Positions 38,627-48,290 of a DNA stretch of 64,000 nt are shown here, piece by piece. The notes under the pieces were generated by a model that saw only the letters and a program-made list of their open reading frames with translations, had not been told where the DNA came from and ran no database searches. Where the stretch lies: positions 637 to 64,636 of the forward strand of contig CALVXG010000012.1 of assembly GCA_944368925.1 (NCBI GenBank). Direction: 5' to 3'. This DNA comes from an uncultured Clostridia bacterium. Its GTDB lineage: Bacteria > Bacillota > Clostridia > Christensenellales > Borkfalkiaceae. How positions within the stretch are numbered: position 1 is the first letter of the stretch; every line of letters starts with the position of its first letter. Position numbers and translations under genes: made by a program.

Positions 38627-39460
38627 TTATTTTACATATTCACGAACAAACTCGCGCAAAAGCGCAGAAAATTTCACCTCGCGTTTTTTAGATTCTTCCA
38701 AAACGTCTTCGTGTTTTATCTGCCCCGCTGTCATTCCCGCCGCCATGTTCGTAATGCAGGAGATACCCGCTACCTTTAACCGCAAATACCTGGCAAAAAC
38801 AGCCTCACAGACGGTACTCATGCCAACGGCATCCGCCCCCATAGAACGAAACGCGCGGATCTCGGCAGGCGTTTCAAACGAAGGACCGAGAACCTGCATA
38901 TATACGCCCCTATGTGCGTTCACGCCCTTGCGCGAGGAAGCAGTTTCCAATGCCATACGCATTTCACGATCGTACACGCTGCTCATGTCTATAAATATCG
39001 GGTATTCGTCCGTCGCCTTTACGCCGATCAGAGGGTTTCTCCCCGTCAGATTTATATGGTCGGACAAAAACATCAGATCGCCTACCTCGTAAGCCGCATT
39101 GATACCGCCGGCAGCATTCGTCAGAACAACGGACGAAGCGCCCAGCTCTTTCACGACGCAGACAGGCAGCACCGTTTCGGCGATATCCCGCCCTTCATAG
39201 AGATGATACCTCCCTTGCACCAACACGACGGGAACTCCGCTCAGTTTCCCGAAAATCAGATTCCCCTCGTGTCCCGCAACCCCGCAAGGCGGCATTCCGA
39301 TGCTCTGGTAAGAAACCGTTTGCGCATGTTCCAGATTTTTTGCTACGTGTCCCCACCCGCTGCCGAGGATAAAGCCGATGTGCGGCGTCTCGAATTTTAT
39401 TGTCTCTTTTATATTGCGGACTATTTCGGCCGCCCTATCTTTCCCGTAATATTCTGCCAT
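38627..39460 (-). CDS. punA: purine nucleoside phosphorylase (PNP family 2)
   Basis: 277 aa. GFILGSGWG, GHEGNLIFGKLSGVPVVLVQGRYHLYEG and MSTVCEA motifs, with drm-punA synteny. Confidence 0.9.
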   Translation of the reverse strand: MAEYYGKDRAAEIVRNIKETIKFETPHIGFILGSGWGHVAKNLEHAQTVSYQSIGMPPCGVAGHEGNLIFGKLSGVPVVLVQGRYHLYEGRDIAETVLPVCVVKELGASSVVLTNAAGGINAAYEVGDLMFLSDHINLTGRNPLIGVKATDEYPIFIDMSSVYDREMRMALETASSRKGVNAHRGVYMQVLGPSFETPAEIRAFRSMGADAVGMSTVCEAVFARYLRLKVAGISCITNMAAGMTAGQIKHEDVLEESKKREVKFSALLREFVREYVK

Positions 39461-39464
39461 TATA

Positions 39465-40640
39465 TTATCCTTTATAAAGTTTATCGTAAATTATGCTGTC
39501 CTGTTTTAACCCGTGTCTTGCCGCAATGAAATCGGCGATATTGTCAAAACCGCACAGCGTCCCTAAATTGACAGGCACCACTCTCTTTCCGCAAATCAGA
39601 AGCGGCACATATTCTCTGGAATGATCGGTAGACGGCGTTGTTGGGTCACAGCCGTGATCCGCCGTCAGAATCAGTACGTCATCGTCCGCAAGGTTTGCCA
39701 GAATTTCGGGAAGACTCCGATCGATCTGCATAAGCGCATCGGCATAGCCGCGCGCATTGTTCCTGTGCCCGTACAGCATATCCGTATCGACGAGATTCAC
39801 AAAAATAAGACCGTCTCCCGCCGCCCTCGTCAATTCTGTTAAAACGGAAAGGCCCTCTGCATTATTGCCCGTATGATGACTCTTAGCAATGCCTCTTCCG
39901 TCAAAAATATCGCGGATCTTACCGACCGCCGTTACCGAGACACCCGCATCCGTAAGGCGATCCAGCAACGTCACTCCCGGGGGTGCCAACGCAAAGTCTT
40001 TCCGATCTTCCGTTCGGGTAAATTTGCCGCCGGCATGCACGAAAGGTCGCGCGATTACGCGCCCCACGGCGCGATCTCCCTGCATGACCTCTCTCGCTAT
40101 TTCGCAGATCCGATACAATCGTTCCAACGGGATCACGGAAGTATCCGCCGCAATCTGTAAAACCGAATCCTGCGAAGTGTACAAAATCGGCATTTTTGTC
40201 TTTAAATGTTCTTCACCGAGCCGCTGAATGATCTCCGTACCCGATGCAACTTCATTGCCCATAAAGTGCACACCTGCCGCTTTTTCCAAATCTTCGACAA
40301 TATCTTTCGGAAAAGCATTCGGGAACACCCTGAACGGATGCGCGAGCACCAATCCCGCAATTTCATAGTGGCCCGCCGTCGTATCTTTGGCAAACGTCTT
40401 TTCCTCCAGCCTGGCGTATGCCGCACGCGGATTTTGCACGGGTACGATCTTTTGACCGTTCTCAAACGTTTTTGCGACGCCGTCTATATTGTTCAGCCCC
40501 AATTCGGAAAAATTTTTCAGATGCAGGCCCGTGTCCCGCACAATATTTCCGTATGTATCCGAGCCTATATCTCCGAATTTGTCTGCATCGGGCATGGCGC
40601 CGATTCCAAAACTATCGATCACAACTAAAAAAGTTCTCAT
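39465..40640 (-). CDS. deoB: phosphopentomutase
   Basis: MRTFLVVIDSFGIGAMPDA and TADHGCDP motifs. I moved the start to the ATG at 40640, which is preceded by GGAGA. The 39 upstream in-frame codons cross the promoter. Confidence 0.92.
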   Translation of the reverse strand: MRTFLVVIDSFGIGAMPDADKFGDIGSDTYGNIVRDTGLHLKNFSELGLNNIDGVAKTFENGQKIVPVQNPRAAYARLEEKTFAKDTTAGHYEIAGLVLAHPFRVFPNAFPKDIVEDLEKAAGVHFMGNEVASGTEIIQRLGEEHLKTKMPILYTSQDSVLQIAADTSVIPLERLYRICEIAREVMQGDRAVGRVIARPFVHAGGKFTRTEDRKDFALAPPGVTLLDRLTDAGVSVTAVGKIRDIFDGRGIAKSHHTGNNAEGLSVLTELTRAAGDGLIFVNLVDTDMLYGHRNNARGYADALMQIDRSLPEILANLADDDVLILTADHGCDPTTPSTDHSREYVPLLICGKRVVPVNLGTLCGFDNIADFIAARHGLKQDSIIYDKLYKG

Positions 40641-40656
40641 ACTGTTCTCCGTCTTT

Positions 40657-40684
40657 ATTATACCACGAACCTCCGATTTTGCAA
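40657..40684 (-). promoter_or_regulatory. putative sigma-A promoter of deoB-punA
   Basis: On the minus strand: TTGCAA (40684-40679), 16 nt, TATAAT (40662-40657). Confidence 0.5.
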
Positions 40685-40805
40685 GCCGATTTTCAGATTT
40701 TAATGCCGACACCAAAATCGTGTGTTTATTTTTCCGCCTGCTAACCGACGAAAACATCCCTCTTTTGAGCTAAGAAAACCGCTGTTCAAAAGATTTTGTT
40801 TTTTT

Positions 40806-40842
40806 GCAAAAAACAACTGCCATACCCTTTAGCATGGCAGTT
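40806..40842 (-). terminator. intrinsic terminator of spoIVB
   Basis: On the minus strand, aactgccat-gctaaagggt-atggcagtt is followed by GTTTTTTGC. It lies 7 nt after the stop. Confidence 0.7.
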
Positions 40843-40848
40843 AAATAT

Positions 40849-41856
40849 TCAGTTCCCGAGCATGTTGTTTATACTGATACCGTAACCGCGCGTAGGATCG
40901 TTGAGGAATACGTGCGTAACCGCGCCGACCAGTTTACCGTTTTGTAAAATCGGACTGCCGCTCATTCCCTGCACGATTCCTCCCGAAATTTCCAAAAGCG
41001 CACGATCCGTGATTCTGATCACAAAGTTTTTGTTTTGGCGATTGGCATTGTCCACTTTTACGATCTGAATCGAATATTTCTTCGGAGAAATTCCGTCAAC
41101 CGTAGTATATATGACAGCTTCGCCCGGTTGGGCATCCGTACTCACTTCTGCCGTATCCATTCCGGAAAAATCGTACTGCTTTTCAAAATTGCCGAATATG
41201 CCGCTGCCGCAATTTTTATCTGCCGTCGCGATGCCCTTATCGTTCAAAAACAAGCCTTTTAATTCTCCTGCCCTTCCACGTTCTCCCCGAATCACGTTGA
41301 CAATGCTGCACCGATAAATTGCTCCCGCACTCAGTTTCATAGGCTCGCCTTTTTCGTCGGCCACGGCATGCCCCAAAGATCCGAAACGAAGAGTGTCTTT
41401 CTCGATATACGTCACCGTACCGATCCCCGAAACGCTGTCGCGTATCAGGACACCCAATTTATATTTTCCGCACACAATATCCATCGCCGGTTGAATGACC
41501 GTCTGTATGTCTTCTTTCTCGCGCCGTACCACGATTTCGGCACTCTCACCGCCCTTCACGGCCAGCGCGCCGTCAATATCCGATGCCGAACTGATCTGCA
41601 TTCCGCCGTAAGAGACGATCATGTCTCCTACCGAAAGCTGTGCTTCCTTCGCAGGGCATGCCGTTCCGTCTTCCGTAAGTATCTCACACACGCCGACAAT
41701 CTGCGCGCCTCCGAGCCCCATCGTGAACCCTGCCGACATTCCGCCGATATAGACTTCTTTTTTCTGTGCAAACGCCGCCGTTCCCGCACAGAAAAACGTA
41801 ACGAAAATAATACACGCCGCTAAAAAGGCGATCGCTTTTTTAATAGAATTCCGCAT
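40849..41856 (-). CDS. spoIVB: SpoIVB peptidase (S55)
   Basis: 335 aa. Signal anchor, a PDZ-like segment, GTVTYIEKDTLRFGSLGHAV, and the catalytic-Ser context GMSGSPIL. Confidence 0.9.
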   Translation of the reverse strand: MRNSIKKAIAFLAACIIFVTFFCAGTAAFAQKKEVYIGGMSAGFTMGLGGAQIVGVCEILTEDGTACPAKEAQLSVGDMIVSYGGMQISSASDIDGALAVKGGESAEIVVRREKEDIQTVIQPAMDIVCGKYKLGVLIRDSVSGIGTVTYIEKDTLRFGSLGHAVADEKGEPMKLSAGAIYRCSIVNVIRGERGRAGELKGLFLNDKGIATADKNCGSGIFGNFEKQYDFSGMDTAEVSTDAQPGEAVIYTTVDGISPKKYSIQIVKVDNANRQNKNFVIRITDRALLEISGGIVQGMSGSPILQNGKLVGAVTHVFLNDPTRGYGISINNMLGN

Positions 41857-42199
41857 GAATCCCTCCGAATACCGTATGCTCTTACTTTGCGTAAGAACAT
41901 ATTCCTTTATTCGGAGAAATTATTTCCATGACAGGATTTTTCCGACAAATTGCGCCTTTACTTTTCCACACAAATTAAAACCATCCGAAACAAATTTAAG
42001 ACGCGCGGACAGTAAGATCAATTTTCATAGACAGACCTATAAAATAATCTATAAACACGCCAAACTGTAAACGTGCATCGATGGCAATATTTTACTGTCT
42101 TTCTATAATAATGTTAATTAGAAAACAACAGTCAAGTCACTTTTGTATTGGATCGGATATTTTGCGAGCCATGGCACATCTTTCCCAAAGATTCCTGTC

Positions 42200-42616
42200 T
42201 CAATGCTCTTTTTCAGTCAGCATTTTCGCACAAGAGCAAAACGTCTTCATCGTTCTGTCCTGAAGATTCAAATAAAAACATCTTCCCGTGTATTCCCCTT
42301 CCCAATACCGTACAAGATTGAAGCCGCTGTACGTCTCTACACAGCGGACAAGCAGTCTTTCAAAGGGCATTTCCTCTTTCGAAAATTTTTCTCCGAACAA
42401 AAATTCCGCCCATAAGCCGCTCTTTCTCTCTTCACGCGTATGCGCATCGATACTGACGCCGAACGCGGGCATCTGGAGCGCACCCCGCGTCATCTCCGCC
42501 CACGCCTGTTCCAGCATCGCAAATTCTTTCGTATCTTTCCCGAATTCGAACGGCTGTCCGTCCTTGTAAAGAACAATACCTTCCGCTTGCCCCATTGCGT
42601 TTAAAATTTCCGTCAT
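42200..42616 (-). CDS. hypothetical protein
   Basis: 138 aa counted from the ATG at 42616, which lies 7 nt after GGAGG. No motif recognised. It sits in a visibly AT-richer stretch. Confidence 0.55.
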   Translation of the reverse strand: MTEILNAMGQAEGIVLYKDGQPFEFGKDTKEFAMLEQAWAEMTRGALQMPAFGVSIDAHTREERKSGLWAEFLFGEKFSKEEMPFERLLVRCVETYSGFNLVRYWEGEYTGRCFYLNLQDRTMKTFCSCAKMLTEKEH

Positions 42617-42639
42617 GCACATGCCTCCTCTTTTTCCTT

Positions 42640-42668
42640 ATTATAGCAGATCTGTTTTTAATCCGCAA
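42640..42668 (-). promoter_or_regulatory. putative promoter of the 138-aa gene
   Basis: On the minus strand: TTGCGG (42668-42663), 17 nt, TATAAT (42645-42640). Confidence 0.4.
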
Positions 42669-42710
42669 CAAAAAAATTTTAAAATTTGAAAAGATTTTTA
42701 TATAAAACTC

Positions 42711-42738
42711 TTGACAAATTTAAAAAAGCGTATATAAT
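42711..42738 (+). promoter_or_regulatory. putative sigma-A promoter of the RHH gene-clpB operon
   Basis: TTGACA (42711-42716), 16 nt, TATAAT (42733-42738), then the RBS AAGGAGG at 42756-42762. Confidence 0.6.
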
Positions 42739-42769
42739 ATAGGCAATCAATGAAAAAGGAGGAAACCGC

Positions 42770-43426
42770 ATGAAAAAGAATATGTACAGTCTGATGCTTG
42801 CGGAAGACGTGATACGAAAAATTGACCGTCTTGCGGAAGAGAAAGGCACGAACCGTTCCAATCTGGTAAATCAGATTTTAGCGGAATACGTTTCGCTGAC
42901 AACGCCGGAAAAGCATGTGCAGAATATATTTGACATCATCGAAAATTATATCGGGAAGCAAAACGGATACTTATTGTATTCGCAGCCGAACGACATGACG
43001 ATGAGTATAAAAAGTTCTCTAAAATACCACTATCGTCCGACGATCCGCTACGAGGTGGAAATGTATCGGACGCCTTCGCAGACGATCGGACAGCTCAAAA
43101 TCATATTCCGTACGACTTCAGCGGAACTTCTTGTAGAACTGACGCGCTTCTTCAAGCTTTGGATGCAACTGGAAAACATTTATATCCGTAAATTTTTCTC
43201 GCAGGATGCCATCGAATACGGCATGGAGAACGGCAGATTCTTGAGAACTTTTGCCGTACCGAACGATTCCGATTACACGGAGGAACAGATCGGAAACGCG
43301 ATCAGCCATTACATCGCGACATTCGATGAAATGCTGAAAAATTACTTATCCGGAACCTATCATTCCACGGAAGATATCGAAAAACGGTATCTACAATATC
43401 TGAACAGCGGAGTACAGCTTATATGA
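42770..43426 (+). CDS. ribbon-helix-helix (CopG/Arc-like) domain protein with an unassigned 170-aa C-terminal domain
   Basis: 218 aa. The N-terminus YSLMLAEDVIRKIDRLAEEKGTNRSNLVNQILAEYV fits the RHH pattern of a beta strand, helix, G-x-(S/T/N)-R-S turn and helix. It has a strong RBS. Confidence 0.7.
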   Translation: MKKNMYSLMLAEDVIRKIDRLAEEKGTNRSNLVNQILAEYVSLTTPEKHVQNIFDIIENYIGKQNGYLLYSQPNDMTMSIKSSLKYHYRPTIRYEVEMYRTPSQTIGQLKIIFRTTSAELLVELTRFFKLWMQLENIYIRKFFSQDAIEYGMENGRFLRTFAVPNDSDYTEEQIGNAISHYIATFDEMLKNYLSGTYHSTEDIEKRYLQYLNSGVQLI

Positions 43427-43446
43427 CCGCAAGGAGGTGAACCAAT

Positions 43447-46041
43447 ATGAACGCACAGAAATTTACGAAAAAAACTTTGGAAGCGATCAATGCCGCACAG
43501 AGTATTGCCATTGAAAACCAGAACATGCAGATCATGCCTGAGCATCTGTTGTATGCGCTTGTCGACCAGGAAGGCGGACTGATTCCGCAGCTCCTCAAAA
43601 AGATGGGCAAAGATACGGACAACCTGCTCGCCCTGGTAGATTCTGCCATCGGCAAGATTCCTGCGGTCAGCGGGAGCGGCAGAGAGCCTGACAAAATTTA
43701 TATTTCCCCTGTCACCGATAAAATTTTCAACGAGGCGGAACGCCTTGCCAATTCCATGCGGGACGAATACGTATCCGTCGAACACGTGATGCTGGCCATC
43801 TTCGATTATGCGACGGACGAAATCAAGAACATTTTCCGTTCCCTCGGCATTACCAAGGACGGATTTTTGACCGAACTCAAAAAAGTCAAGACCGACCGCG
43901 TCACCAGCGACGAACCCGAAAACACCTATGACGCACTTTCCAAGTATGGATTCGATCTGGTTCAGCGCGCCAAAGATCAGAAACTCGATCCTGTCATCGG
44001 GCGTGACAACGAGATCCGTAACGTGATCCGTATCCTTTCCCGTAAATCTAAAAACAACCCCGTTCTGATCGGTGAACCGGGCGTCGGCAAGACCGCCATT
44101 GCGGAAGGACTTGCACAGCGTATCGTACGCGGCGACGTTCCCGAAGGGCTCAAAAACAAGACGATTTTTGCGCTGGATATGGGTTCCCTTATTGCGGGCG
44201 CTAAATTCCGCGGTGAATTCGAAGAGCGTCTGAAAGCCGTACTCAACGAGATCAAGAAGAGCGATGGTAAAATTTTGCTTTTCATCGATGAGTTGCATAC
44301 CATCGTGGGCGCAGGCAAATCGGACGGCGCCATGGACGCAGGCAACCTGCTTAAGCCTATGCTCGCGCGCGGCGAATTGCATTGCATCGGCGCGACGACT
44401 TTGGACGAATACAGAAAATACATCGAAAAAGATGCCGCGCTCGAACGCAGGTTCCAGCCCGTCATGGTCGACGAACCGACCGTGGAAGACACGATTTCTA
44501 TCCTGCGCGGTCTGAAAGAGCGTTACGAAGTTTTCCACGGCGTGCAGATTCACGACCAGGCTCTGATCGCTGCCGCTACCCTTTCGCACCGCTATATTTC
44601 CGACCGTTTCCTGCCCGATAAGGCAATCGACCTCGTGGATGAGGCATGCGCGACGATCCGCACGGAAATTGATTCCATGCCGACCGAAATGGACGACATC
44701 GCCCGCAAGATCATGCAGCTGGAAATCGAAGAAATGGCTCTGAAAAAGGAAACCGATTCCCTTTCGAAAGAGCGTCTCAACGTGATTCAGAAAGAACTTG
44801 CGGATCTGCGCGATAAATTCAACGCCATGAAGGCGCAATGGAACAACGAAAAAGCGAGCATTCATGTCGTTTCCGACACGAAAGCCGAAATTGAAAAAGT
44901 AAACGGCGAGATCGAAGCAGCCCAGCGTATCGGCGATTACGAGCGTGCGGCAAAACTTAAATACAGCCGTCTGCCCGAATTGCAGAAAAAACTGGAAGCC
45001 GCACAAAAAGAAGGCGTCAACGCAAAGCATACTCTGCTCCGCGATACGGTAACGGAAGAAGAAATTGCCCGCGTCGTGTCGCGCTGGACGGGTATCCCTT
45101 TGGCAAAACTGATGGAAGGCGAACGCGAAAAGATCTTGCACCTCGACGATATCCTGCATAAGAGAGTGATTGGACAGGACGAAGCCGTCACGAAAGTGAC
45201 CGAAGCGATCATCCGTTCCCGTGCGGGCATCGCGGATCCGAACAGGCCGATCGGCTCGTTCCTGTTCCTCGGCCCTACGGGCGTGGGCAAAACCGAACTT
45301 GCAAAAGCCTTGGCGGAAAGCCTCTTCGACGACGAACATAACCTCGTCCGTATCGATATGACCGAGTACATGGAGAAATTCTCCGTGTCCCGTCTGATCG
45401 GTGCGCCTCCGGGATATGTCGGCTACGATGAAGGCGGCCAGCTCACCGAAGCGGTACGCAGAAAACCTTACTCGGTCGTCTTGTTCGATGAAATCGAAAA
45501 AGCACATCCCGACGTATTCAATATACTCCTGCAGGTGCTCGACGACGGCCGCATTACCGATTCGCAGGGCAGAACCGTAGACTTCAAGAACACGATCATT
45601 ATTCTGACGTCCAATCTCGGGTCTTCCTACCTTTTGGACGGCATCGACGAGAACGGCGAAATTTCGCAGGACGCCAAGGACAAGGTTTCGCAGTTGCTGA
45701 AACAGAGTTTCCGTCCGGAATTTTTGAACAGACTGGACGAAATCGTCTACTACAAACCTCTTACCAAAGAGAATATCACGAAAATCATCGACCTTCTTAT
45801 CAAAGATCTTGCCGCGCGTATGGAAGATAAACAGCTTAAGCTGGAGATCACCCCTCTCGCGAAAGATCTGATCATCGAAAACGGCTACGATCCCGTGTAC
45901 GGCGCACGTCCTTTGAAACGGTATCTGCAGAGCAAGGTGGAAACCCTCATCGCTAAAACGATGATCGCCAACGACCTGCAGCCCGGCAATACCATCGAAA
46001 TCGGCGCTTGCAACGGTGACTTTACCGTTAAAATCAAATAA
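43447..46041 (+). CDS. clpB: ATP-dependent chaperone ClpB
   Basis: 864 aa. Two AAA+ modules ([10 protein letters not shown] and [10 protein letters not shown]) with the long middle coiled-coil domain that distinguishes ClpB from ClpA/ClpC. The RBS AAGGAGGTGA is at 43431-43440. Confidence 0.96.
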   Translation: MNAQKFTKKTLEAINAAQSIAIENQNMQIMPEHLLYALVDQEGGLIPQLLKKMGKDTDNLLALVDSAIGKIPAVSGSGREPDKIYISPVTDKIFNEAERLANSMRDEYVSVEHVMLAIFDYATDEIKNIFRSLGITKDGFLTELKKVKTDRVTSDEPENTYDALSKYGFDLVQRAKDQKLDPVIGRDNEIRNVIRILSRKSKNNPVLIGEPGVGKTAIAEGLAQRIVRGDVPEGLKNKTIFALDMGSLIAGAKFRGEFEERLKAVLNEIKKSDGKILLFIDELHTIVGAGKSDGAMDAGNLLKPMLARGELHCIGATTLDEYRKYIEKDAALERRFQPVMVDEPTVEDTISILRGLKERYEVFHGVQIHDQALIAAATLSHRYISDRFLPDKAIDLVDEACATIRTEIDSMPTEMDDIARKIMQLEIEEMALKKETDSLSKERLNVIQKELADLRDKFNAMKAQWNNEKASIHVVSDTKAEIEKVNGEIEAAQRIGDYERAAKLKYSRLPELQKKLEAAQKEGVNAKHTLLRDTVTEEEIARVVSRWTGIPLAKLMEGEREKILHLDDILHKRVIGQDEAVTKVTEAIIRSRAGIADPNRPIGSFLFLGPTGVGKTELAKALAESLFDDEHNLVRIDMTEYMEKFSVSRLIGAPPGYVGYDEGGQLTEAVRRKPYSVVLFDEIEKAHPDVFNILLQVLDDGRITDSQGRTVDFKNTIIILTSNLGSSYLLDGIDENGEISQDAKDKVSQLLKQSFRPEFLNRLDEIVYYKPLTKENITKIIDLLIKDLAARMEDKQLKLEITPLAKDLIIENGYDPVYGARPLKRYLQSKVETLIAKTMIANDLQPGNTIEIGACNGDFTVKIK

Positions 46042-46044
46042 CAT

Positions 46045-46083
46045 GAAAAAACAGGAGCGTAAAATTTACGCCCCTGTTTTTTT
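46045..46083 (+). terminator. intrinsic terminator of clpB
   Basis: acaggagcgtaaa-att-tacgcccctgt is followed by TTTTTTT. Confidence 0.75.
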
Positions 46084-46090
46084 ACAGGCG

Positions 46091-46130
46091 AAAGGCCGCC
46101 GTCCGTTTTCTTCGGACGGCGGCCTTTTTT
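46091..46130. terminator. second, bidirectional terminator between clpB and the aldehyde dehydrogenase gene
   Basis: aaaggccgccgtccg-ttttcttc-ggacggcggcctttttt forms a GC-rich stem with an A-tract before it and a T-tract after it. Confidence 0.7.
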
Positions 46131-46175
46131 GTCAATTTTGCCAAAGACGGCAAAACACTTCGGAATTTAAAACAA

Positions 46176-47573
46176 TCATTTCATATATTTTTTCAAGGCA
46201 TTCAGCTTCTTCTGCGAGAAGGGCGGAAACGCAACGCGAAGTTTAAAGCGGGTGGAACGTTTAAGTACGCTGCGAAGATGGGTAAAATCCAAGAAGCCAT
46301 ATTTGCCGTGATAATTCCCCATTCCCGAATACCCCACGCCTCCGAACGGAAGGTTCGGATTGATAATGTGGCTGACCGTATCGTTGATCGCGGCGCCGCC
46401 CGAAGAGGTTCTCTTTAAAATGTCGGAAATCTCGCGCGCATCTTCGCTGAAAATATACAACGCGAGCGGTTTTTCCTGCCCGTTTATATAGGCGAGCACG
46501 TCGTCCGATTTTTCATAAGCAAAGATCGGAAGAATCGGCCCGAAGATCTCTTCCCGCATACATGCCGCCTTCGAAAGATCCGAAGGACAGACGAGTGTCG
46601 GGCCGATAAAACGCGCCGATCGGTCTGTTTCCCCTCCGAATACGATATACGGCTTGTCCTCACCGAGCATGCTTTCCAATCTGTTGAAATGCCGCTCGTT
46701 GACGATCCTTCCGTAATCGGGATTATTGCGAATATCTTCTCCGTAAAAGCGAACGATCGTCTCTTTTAACTGCTCCACGAAATTTTTGAATATTTTTTTC
46801 GGCACGAACACATAATCTGGCGCCACACACGTCTGTCCCGCATTCATAAATTTGCCCCACACAATGCGTTCGCAGGCCGTATCCAATTTTGCACTCTCGC
46901 CGATGATAACAGGGCTCTTTCCGCCCAATTCCAGCGTCACGGGCACAAGGTTTTCCGCCGCGGCGCGCATGACGATTTTGCCTACATTCGTGCTTCCCGT
47001 AAAAAATATTTTATCGAAACGGCTGTGCAGGAGCACGGTATTGTTCTCCACCCCGCCTTCCGCGCAGAAAACATATTCGGGAGGAAACGTCCCGGCAATC
47101 AGATTGCGGATCACTTCCGCGGTATGCGGCGTGAGTTCGGAAGGACTCAGCACGGCGCAGTTTCCTGCCGAAAGCGCGGCAACCAAAGGCTCTACCAAAA
47201 GCTGGAACGGATAATTGAAAGGCCCGATGATCAGCACACTCCCGTACGGCTGCTTTTCCACGCGGCTCTTCGACAAAAAGACAGTCATGGGCGACTTGAT
47301 GCGATCGGGCTTCATCCATTTCGCAAGATGATTGAGCGTGTGCGTGATTTCCGAAAGCACAAAACCGATCTCGGAAGAATAACTCTCTTGCCTGCTCTTT
47401 CCCAAATCTTTCGACAGTGCCTCTTCCAACTGTGACTGATGCGCTAAAATCGCATTCTTCAATCGCAGTAGGTTTTCCTTTCTGTATGAAAGCGACAGCG
47501 TTTTACCGCCCGCAAAAAATTTCCTCTGTTCGGCCAGTATCTCCCGCACTCTCTCTTCGGTCAATAATTCCAT
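46176..47573 (-). CDS. NAD(P)-dependent aldehyde dehydrogenase (class-3-like)
   Basis: 465 aa. ELGGKSP and the catalytic Cys context GQTCVAPDY, plus FTGSTNVGK. Confidence 0.88.
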   Translation of the reverse strand: MELLTEERVREILAEQRKFFAGGKTLSLSYRKENLLRLKNAILAHQSQLEEALSKDLGKSRQESYSSEIGFVLSEITHTLNHLAKWMKPDRIKSPMTVFLSKSRVEKQPYGSVLIIGPFNYPFQLLVEPLVAALSAGNCAVLSPSELTPHTAEVIRNLIAGTFPPEYVFCAEGGVENNTVLLHSRFDKIFFTGSTNVGKIVMRAAAENLVPVTLELGGKSPVIIGESAKLDTACERIVWGKFMNAGQTCVAPDYVFVPKKIFKNFVEQLKETIVRFYGEDIRNNPDYGRIVNERHFNRLESMLGEDKPYIVFGGETDRSARFIGPTLVCPSDLSKAACMREEIFGPILPIFAYEKSDDVLAYINGQEKPLALYIFSEDAREISDILKRTSSGGAAINDTVSHIINPNLPFGGVGYSGMGNYHGKYGFLDFTHLRSVLKRSTRFKLRVAFPPFSQKKLNALKKYMK

Positions 47574-47754
47574 TTTACGACACCTCCATTTTATTGTGAT
47601 TCACTTCCGCCCTTATAATACGAAGGCATATGCAATCGTCAAACAAAACTATTCTCTCAAATCTCTCCCTTATTATATTCTATTTCATGGCATTTCGCAA
47701 GCAATCAAAAGCGGCTTTCTCCCTGCCTATCGGCCGAAAAATGAATTTTCGCAT

Positions 47755-47781
47755 GAAAAAAACCGCGCTGAGCGGTTTTTT
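47755..47781 (-). terminator. intrinsic terminator at the end of the cob operon
   Basis: On the minus strand, aaaaaaccgc-tcagc-gcggtttttt directly abuts the cobO stop. Confidence 0.7.
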
Positions 47782-48290
47782 CAGAATTCAATGCCCTTCC
47801 GCGCCATGATTCCGCGATCGAAAGGGTGTTTTATCTTTCGCATTTCTGTTATATAATCTGCACGCTGACAAAGTTCTTCCGCAGGTTCCCTGCCTGTCAT
47901 CACAACTTCCGCCTTTATACTGTCCAGGAAAGATAGCAACGGCTCCTTTCCGATAAAACCGTGATTGTAAGCGGAGATAATCTCGTCAAGCACGACAACA
48001 TCCGCGCTCTCCTTCTCTGCCTGACGGATCCCGTCCAGCAACAGTTTCGAATAAGCCTCTTTCCCAGCTTCCGCCTCTTCCTTTGTCATGTTGGACACGC
48101 GCCCGTAATACTTCGGTTCAAACAAAACCGAAATATTTTCCAGCTTTTTAAGGACGTTCATCTCCGAAGAGACTCCGTTTTTAAAAAACTGGATAAATAA
48201 GACTTTTTTGCCGCTGCCCGCCGCACGCACGGCAAGGCCGACTGCGGCGGTCGTCTTGCCCTTTCCGTTTCCGCAATAAATGTGTATCAA
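47781..48290 (-). CDS. cobO: cob(I)yrinic acid a,c-diamide adenosyltransferase
   Basis: 169 aa. IHIYCGNGKGKTTAAVGLAVRA P-loop and VVLDE are typical of CobO/BtuR. Confidence 0.88.
   Translation of the reverse strand: MIHIYCGNGKGKTTAAVGLAVRAAGSGKKVLFIQFFKNGVSSEMNVLKKLENISVLFEPKYYGRVSNMTKEEAEAGKEAYSKLLLDGIRQAEKESADVVVLDEIISAYNHGFIGKEPLLSFLDSIKAEVVMTGREPAEELCQRADYITEMRKIKHPFDRGIMARKGIEF

Noticed and set aside
41857-42199. This 343-bp gene-free stretch upstream of spoIVB contains two small plus-strand ORFs (71 and 60 aa). I considered them as a toxin-antitoxin pair, or the stretch as an sRNA locus.
   Set aside because: The ORFs lack an RBS and have implausible composition. I found no stable hairpins, promoter-terminator pairs or repeats. 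It is most simply the spoIVB regulatory region within an AT-rich islet.
43360-46044. An 894-aa ORF on the minus strand covers the whole of clpB. It is longer than clpB itself.
   Set aside because: The plus strand encodes an unmistakable ClpB with two AAA+ modules. The antisense ORF is in exactly the same triplet register as clpB (43447 and 46042 are both 1 mod 3). Its stops could therefore only come from the sense codons TTA, CTA or TCA, and clpB uses none of them. The predicted protein is low-complexity (rich in F, R, V and D) with no motifs. It is a codon-bias shadow.
21841-46130. Several hairpins share CCGCCCGC/GCGGGCGG cores (21841, 28713, 31190, 34562, 46094). I considered whether they form a REP/MITE-like repeat family.
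   Set aside because: Each sits right after a stop codon or between convergent genes. Their stems differ in sequence outside the short GC core, and there are no flanking direct repeats. They behave as ordinary intrinsic terminators that share only GC-rich composition.
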